From: Bdellovibrionales bacterium
GTDB taxonomy: Bacteria; Bdellovibrionota; Bdellovibrionia; Bdellovibrionales; JAGQZY01
NCBI GenBank assembly: GCA_031426555.1
Contig: JANPLN010000059.1
Coordinates: 1 to 64,000 of the forward strand
Reading direction: 5' to 3'
Length of the DNA: 64,000 nt
Both the position numbers and the translations under genes were made by a program. Every line of letters starts with the position of its first letter. Within the stretch, counting starts at the first letter, position 1. Below are positions 59,742 through 64,000 of this stretch, one piece after another. The notes under the pieces are model-generated. The model made no database searches, had not been told where the DNA came from, and was given only the letters and a program-made list of their open reading frames with translations.

Positions 59742-60581
59742 ATGAGAAGCAAACTTGTTTTAAGCATTTTCTTTTTCTCGGTTGTATCCTTTGCTCAAAC
59801 GGAATTCGCCATCATCGGCGATGCGGGACGGATCAACAAAAACTCACAATCGGTGATGAAGTCGATTCTGAATCACGGAGTGAATCAGCTTATCCTGCCC
59901 GGAGATAATCTCTATAGCTCCACCTACGAAAAAGTTTGGAAGGCGTGGCAAGACAATCAGTTTGATTTTTCGGTGGTGGCCATTGGCAATCATAATTCCG
60001 GTTACGCCGAAGAAGTTAGCTATTTCCAGATGCCCGGAGAGTATTACAAAAAATCCATTGGCTTCGCTGACTTTTTTGTTCTCAACTCCGACAACCCTAA
60101 AAATATTAGCTCCCAAATGGCATGGCTCGACAAAGAGCTGCAAAATACCACGATGAAAAACGTTTTTTTGGTCTACCACCACCCCACGTATACAATTTCG
60201 AAGGTGCATGGCTGGACAGATAGAAAAGCTTTTCAAATTGAGGTGCGGAAACGACTCACAAAATTCAGATCCAAAATCACGGCTCTCATGGTGGGGCACG
60301 ACCATTTAGCAAGTCTCATTCATTTTGGCGATTTACCGGTGATCCTCTCCGGAGCTGTGCAAGAGGTGCGCAAGGATTCGCCCGTTGACTATGTAACAGA
60401 AGGCGTACGCATCAAGACGGCTTGGTATTTTGATCACACTCCGTATTGGGCTCAGCTTGTTGTTACGTCCACGGGTGCCACAGTCCATTTTATTAAGGCG
60501 CAAACCCATCAAGTGCACTGCTCCGTGCGTCTCTACACGGGCAGAATGGCGGAACTGGGCGCCAACTGTGAGCAAAATTAA
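59742..60581 (+). CDS. Secreted calcineurin-like metallophosphoesterase
   Basis: GDAG, GDNLY, GNH, HHP, GHDH. Confidence 0.88.
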   Translation: MRSKLVLSIFFFSVVSFAQTEFAIIGDAGRINKNSQSVMKSILNHGVNQLILPGDNLYSSTYEKVWKAWQDNQFDFSVVAIGNHNSGYAEEVSYFQMPGEYYKKSIGFADFFVLNSDNPKNISSQMAWLDKELQNTTMKNVFLVYHHPTYTISKVHGWTDRKAFQIEVRKRLTKFRSKITALMVGHDHLASLIHFGDLPVILSGAVQEVRKDSPVDYVTEGVRIKTAWYFDHTPYWAQLVVTSTGATVHFIKAQTHQVHCSVRLYTGRMAELGANCEQN

Positions 60582-60660
60582 AACATAAAACAACAGATTT
60601 TCTTTTACTTTTACATTTCAACATAGGATGCTTCCGCGGGGAATTAATGGGGGAGGTCCT

Positions 60661-61284
60661 ATGTTTTTTTTACTATCTTTTATTCTGTCCATTCAAGTTT
60701 TTGCGAGTTCCGATTCAACATGCACAAAAGTTGCAAGTCAGCTCAACGAAGGCGATTTAATATTTTTAGATATCGACAGTGTGATCTTTGAACAAGTGGC
60801 TGTCGCAACCCTCACTTGGACGTCCCATGTGGGAGTGGCTGTTTATGAAGAAGGTTGGTATGTGGCCGAGAGCGCTCTTTTAAAGTCTCGCAAAACACCT
60901 CTTTGCAAATATCTCAGTCGCACGCAGGATGAACGTTTTGAAGTACGCCGCTTAAAAAATTTGCTGTCGGCCACGAAACTGCAAAATCTAAAAGATTATT
61001 TAAACAGCCGCATGGGTATTTTTTACGACACCGGCTTCGACTACGATTCTTCGCAATTGTTTTGCTCGAAACTGGTTTACGATGCTTTCTTGAATATTGG
61101 GATTACTGTTGGCGAAATAAAAACATTCACTCAAGTCCTCGGAGAAAACCCCGAAGGAAGTCTTACCTTTTGGCAGTTTTGGTTTTTCGGAAGCATTCCT
61201 TGGGACCGACGAACCGTCACTCCCAAAGATCAACTGGTGGACAATGATTTTTTCACCGTCCTCAGCCATGGAGTTCGCAATTAA
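60661..61284 (+). CDS. YiiX/YebB-like permuted papain-like amidase
   Basis: GDLIF, SHVG, YD..F, FCSKLV, TP. Confidence 0.85.
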   Translation: MFFLLSFILSIQVFASSDSTCTKVASQLNEGDLIFLDIDSVIFEQVAVATLTWTSHVGVAVYEEGWYVAESALLKSRKTPLCKYLSRTQDERFEVRRLKNLLSATKLQNLKDYLNSRMGIFYDTGFDYDSSQLFCSKLVYDAFLNIGITVGEIKTFTQVLGENPEGSLTFWQFWFFGSIPWDRRTVTPKDQLVDNDFFTVLSHGVRN

Positions 61285-61931
61285 AGCGTTAAAAGTTGCC
61301 CGTTGCCATCGACAAAGTAAGAGCGATGGGATTGGGTTTCCATGACAGGGTTCTTGATTTCCCATTCCAGAGAAATTTCAATCCCTGCTACGGGTTCCTC
61401 GGCACTACCGATGTTGATGGCCTTTGCAGTTTTAACAAAAGCATCAAACGACTGACCCCAAAATAAACGAATATCAACCGGGTGAATGGAGACGTTGGCT
61501 AAGTATGCGCCCTTGCCTTGGTACTTTCCGCCGTACGAGTAAATGATTTTGTAAGTAAAATAAATCATCTCGCCGCCAAATTTATTTTTGTAGGTCATCT
61601 CGAAAGTTTTGGAGCGCGGTGGGCTCCAGTTGGACATTTTAAACGCGCACTCGGCACCCATGGGAATCGCGGTAGCCACTTCGGTGGCAAAGTTAATGGT
61701 CGGAGCTCCGTCCTTAACGATTTGCCAAATTTCTTTGCCGATTGTGATGAGCTGAGACAGGTCAAAACCCTCGCGCTCCACACACTGCTCACGCAGCGTC
61801 TTATCGTAAACGATCAATTCCTCCACCGATAGCGGTCCCTCGGCGATCTGCCGAACCCTAAACGAACCCTCTGCAGCTGTGGCTTGATGACTGAACCCCA
61901 ATAGCAATAATAAGAACACACTTATTTTCAT
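61281..61931 (-). CDS. Secreted hypothetical protein
   Basis: Signal peptide; amphipathic helix followed by a beta-rich domain. Confidence 0.7.
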   Translation of the reverse strand: MKISVFLLLLLGFSHQATAAEGSFRVRQIAEGPLSVEELIVYDKTLREQCVEREGFDLSQLITIGKEIWQIVKDGAPTINFATEVATAIPMGAECAFKMSNWSPPRSKTFEMTYKNKFGGEMIYFTYKIIYSYGGKYQGKGAYLANVSIHPVDIRLFWGQSFDAFVKTAKAINIGSAEEPVAGIEISLEWEIKNPVMETQSHRSYFVDGNGQLLTL

Positions 61932-62084
61932 AGATTTTCCCCCCTATGAGAAAGACTGGCTTTCGTGCGACAAGTTTTCATAGTTGAGGAGTGGCCGTCA
62001 ATGCCATTGCGCGAGGCGCTATGCGATTGCTGCCTTTGCGTTCAGCACAAATTGAGGAATCATATATAGATGGGGGGGTGTAAC

Positions 62085-62687
62085 ATGAAGTTCATCGCAT
62101 TTTTTTTATTTGTGTCAGGGATGGTCAACGCGCAGGCTCAAGGGCCAATAACAGGTACGATTCACGTGATGGGGGATAGTTTGGCCTTTGGAACGGGGGC
62201 GCCGACAACGGCACTTTCGCCAGCCAATTGCTTAAAAAAAGGGTTTCCGCAAAGCGAAGTGATCAACGAAGCTGTGCCGGGAACAAAGTCCGACAAGTTC
62301 TTAGAATCGCTTGCCAGTTGGGTGCCCACCGCAGACTCGCAAATGGTTTTTGTGAGCATGGGAGGCAACGATGTGATCTCGAACGTTTTCAAGCCAGGTG
62401 CATTTTCCGAACAAAAAACCTTGTTGAACATGAATCAAATATTCGATTTTCTTCAGCGGCCAGGATTTGTCGTCGTTTACTTGGGCCTCGATCCACCGCG
62501 ACCAGATTCCGATCGATTGCCATTGATCAGCCTGATGGCCGCGAGCAAAGGGGTCATTATTGTCGATGGAATGGACGGGCTGTGGAACAAGCTTAAATAT
62601 ATGTCGGATCCCGTGCATCCCAACTCAAAAGGTTACGGCCTTATGTGCGATAAAATATTGCAAGCCTTGCAAGAATATGTTCCTTAA
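62085..62687 (+). CDS. SGNH/GDSL hydrolase
   Basis: GDSL, G(T), GGND, DPVHPN. Confidence 0.9.
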   Translation: MKFIAFFLFVSGMVNAQAQGPITGTIHVMGDSLAFGTGAPTTALSPANCLKKGFPQSEVINEAVPGTKSDKFLESLASWVPTADSQMVFVSMGGNDVISNVFKPGAFSEQKTLLNMNQIFDFLQRPGFVVVYLGLDPPRPDSDRLPLISLMAASKGVIIVDGMDGLWNKLKYMSDPVHPNSKGYGLMCDKILQALQEYVP

Positions 62688-62692
62688 GAGGC

Positions 62693-63283
62693 ATGCAGGA
62701 TTTTTTTTCGCATCCGCAAAACCAAAAAGTTATATTAATGAACGAAGACCCCCAAACAGGTCCTGAAGGGTTTCCCTACATGATGCTCTCCACAGAGGGA
62801 GCCGCCACTGAGCCGTTTTTAAACCTCGTCAAATGGGGTGCCGATCGCGGTATTGGTTTGGTGGTCAATCCGCAAAAAGAAACTCCAGATTTGGTTTTAA
62901 CTTATGGGATGTTATGGAACTACGTCGACCGCGGTGAGTTTTTTACGCAAACCCAGATGCAGCCATCAGGAGAAATCAAACTCACGCCCAACGGACAACT
63001 GTTTGCGGGAGTGCCGTCAGAATCTTATTGGCCGGCGACGCGACGAAAGATTTTTAAAGAATTTTTGATTCAACAGGGCGTCATGCAACCGAAAGTTTTG
63101 ATGCTCTCAGAAGTTTTCGAAGGACCCATGGATTTAACTTTCTCTTTGGAGTCCCTCGGAAACCCGCAAAAATCAGAGTGGGCGGGCATTCTCGAGGCCT
63201 TCTCGTGGTTCTTCCCACGACACTATTCGTTATCCATTGTGAGTGAAAAAAACATACTTGGACATTCATTCGTATCGCTGTAA
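62693..63283 (+). CDS. Hypothetical protein
   Basis: 196-aa ORF with GAGG RBS; GPEGFPY and WFFP motifs. Confidence 0.7.
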   Translation: MQDFFSHPQNQKVILMNEDPQTGPEGFPYMMLSTEGAATEPFLNLVKWGADRGIGLVVNPQKETPDLVLTYGMLWNYVDRGEFFTQTQMQPSGEIKLTPNGQLFAGVPSESYWPATRRKIFKEFLIQQGVMQPKVLMLSEVFEGPMDLTFSLESLGNPQKSEWAGILEAFSWFFPRHYSLSIVSEKNILGHSFVSL

Positions 63284-63319
63284 TTATAGCCAAACTAAAA
63301 AACATTTTAAGAGGTGAAC

Positions 63320-64000
63320 ATGAAATTGTTAATCGGGTTACTCGTTGTTTTTATGGGGAAAACTGCTTTTGCAGACGACAGTTCTAAATACGATCTTACG
63401 GGTCGCTGGGGCTTGGGTTTGGGAGCTGGGATGTCCTCCGTCGCTGGTCCAGATGCTTTCACCGAAGGAGCCGGCGAACTGGATAGCAAATTTGCAATGA
63501 GCTTTTGGGGTCGTTATCACGTGAGCTCGCGGATGGCTGTGGAATTCGCATACACCCGCTTGATGTATGAATTCGCCACCACAGGCGCTCCTCTCAACGA
63601 ACTGGATCCAAGCGTTGGAGTTTTTGAAGTGAGCTTGGCGTACCGTATGTTCCCTAAAAAAGTTTATCATATTCTATTACAAGCGGGCGTTGGTTATGTT
63701 CGCTATAAAGATTTCGATGCAACAAACGCCGACGATATCCGCGAAGACGTGGCATTCAAAGGCCGCTTCGGCGTTGAATACATGCTGACACCTGATTTGA
63801 TGTTGGCGCTGCAAACAGATTACTATCGCTTAAATTACGGGAGCAGCGGACCAAACTACATGAGCGTATTTGCACCGATGTTTGCTCTGACCTACTACTT
63901 TGGTAAGGCCAGTGAAGAAGACGCGGCTCCAGTTGTTGCCGCTCCAATGGACTCCGATGGTGATGGCGTTGTTGATGCCGATGACCAATGCCCAGGAACT
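63320..64000 (+). CDS. OmpA-family outer-membrane protein, partial (runs off window)
   Basis: GAGGTG RBS, signal peptide, beta-barrel ending LTYYFG, then TSP3-type DSDGDGVVDADDQCPGT; absent from the ORF track because it has no stop. Confidence 0.85.
   Translation, partial: MKLLIGLLVVFMGKTAFADDSSKYDLTGRWGLGLGAGMSSVAGPDAFTEGAGELDSKFAMSFWGRYHVSSRMAVEFAYTRLMYEFATTGAPLNELDPSVGVFEVSLAYRMFPKKVYHILLQAGVGYVRYKDFDATNADDIREDVAFKGRFGVEYMLTPDLMLALQTDYYRLNYGSSGPNYMSVFAPMFALTYYFGKASEEDAAPVVAAPMDSDGDGVVDADDQCPGT

Overview
Bacterial chromosomal window (mid-40s %GC by eye). Gene content and order (tolQRAB-glnE, Rrf2-sufBCDS-nfu, paired ArsA ATPases, DUF1402, many secreted hypothetical proteins) suggest a Bdellovibrionota predator; this is inference, not a database result. 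Most of the window is housekeeping: pepN, CBS/CGL transsulfuration, tol, suf, ftsEX-envC-ctpA, pabBC-pabA, tig, gshA, pepA, clpPX-lon, tRNA-Phe and tRNA-Val. Two non-coding signals stand out. (1) A dispersed structured element of about 300-440 bp occurs twice (1-306, cut by the window edge, and 26456-26894). Each copy has a long hairpin whose arms differ in sequence but whose apex is conserved, followed by a conserved body of stem-loops with compensatory changes. A solo RAYT/HUH tyrosine transposase at 37229-37816 is a candidate mobiliser. (2) A synonymously recoded duplicate of the last 28 codons plus stop of pepN lies exactly 1500 bp downstream of the real end, bracketing one lipoprotein gene and no integrase. 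No CRISPR array, rRNA or prophage was seen.
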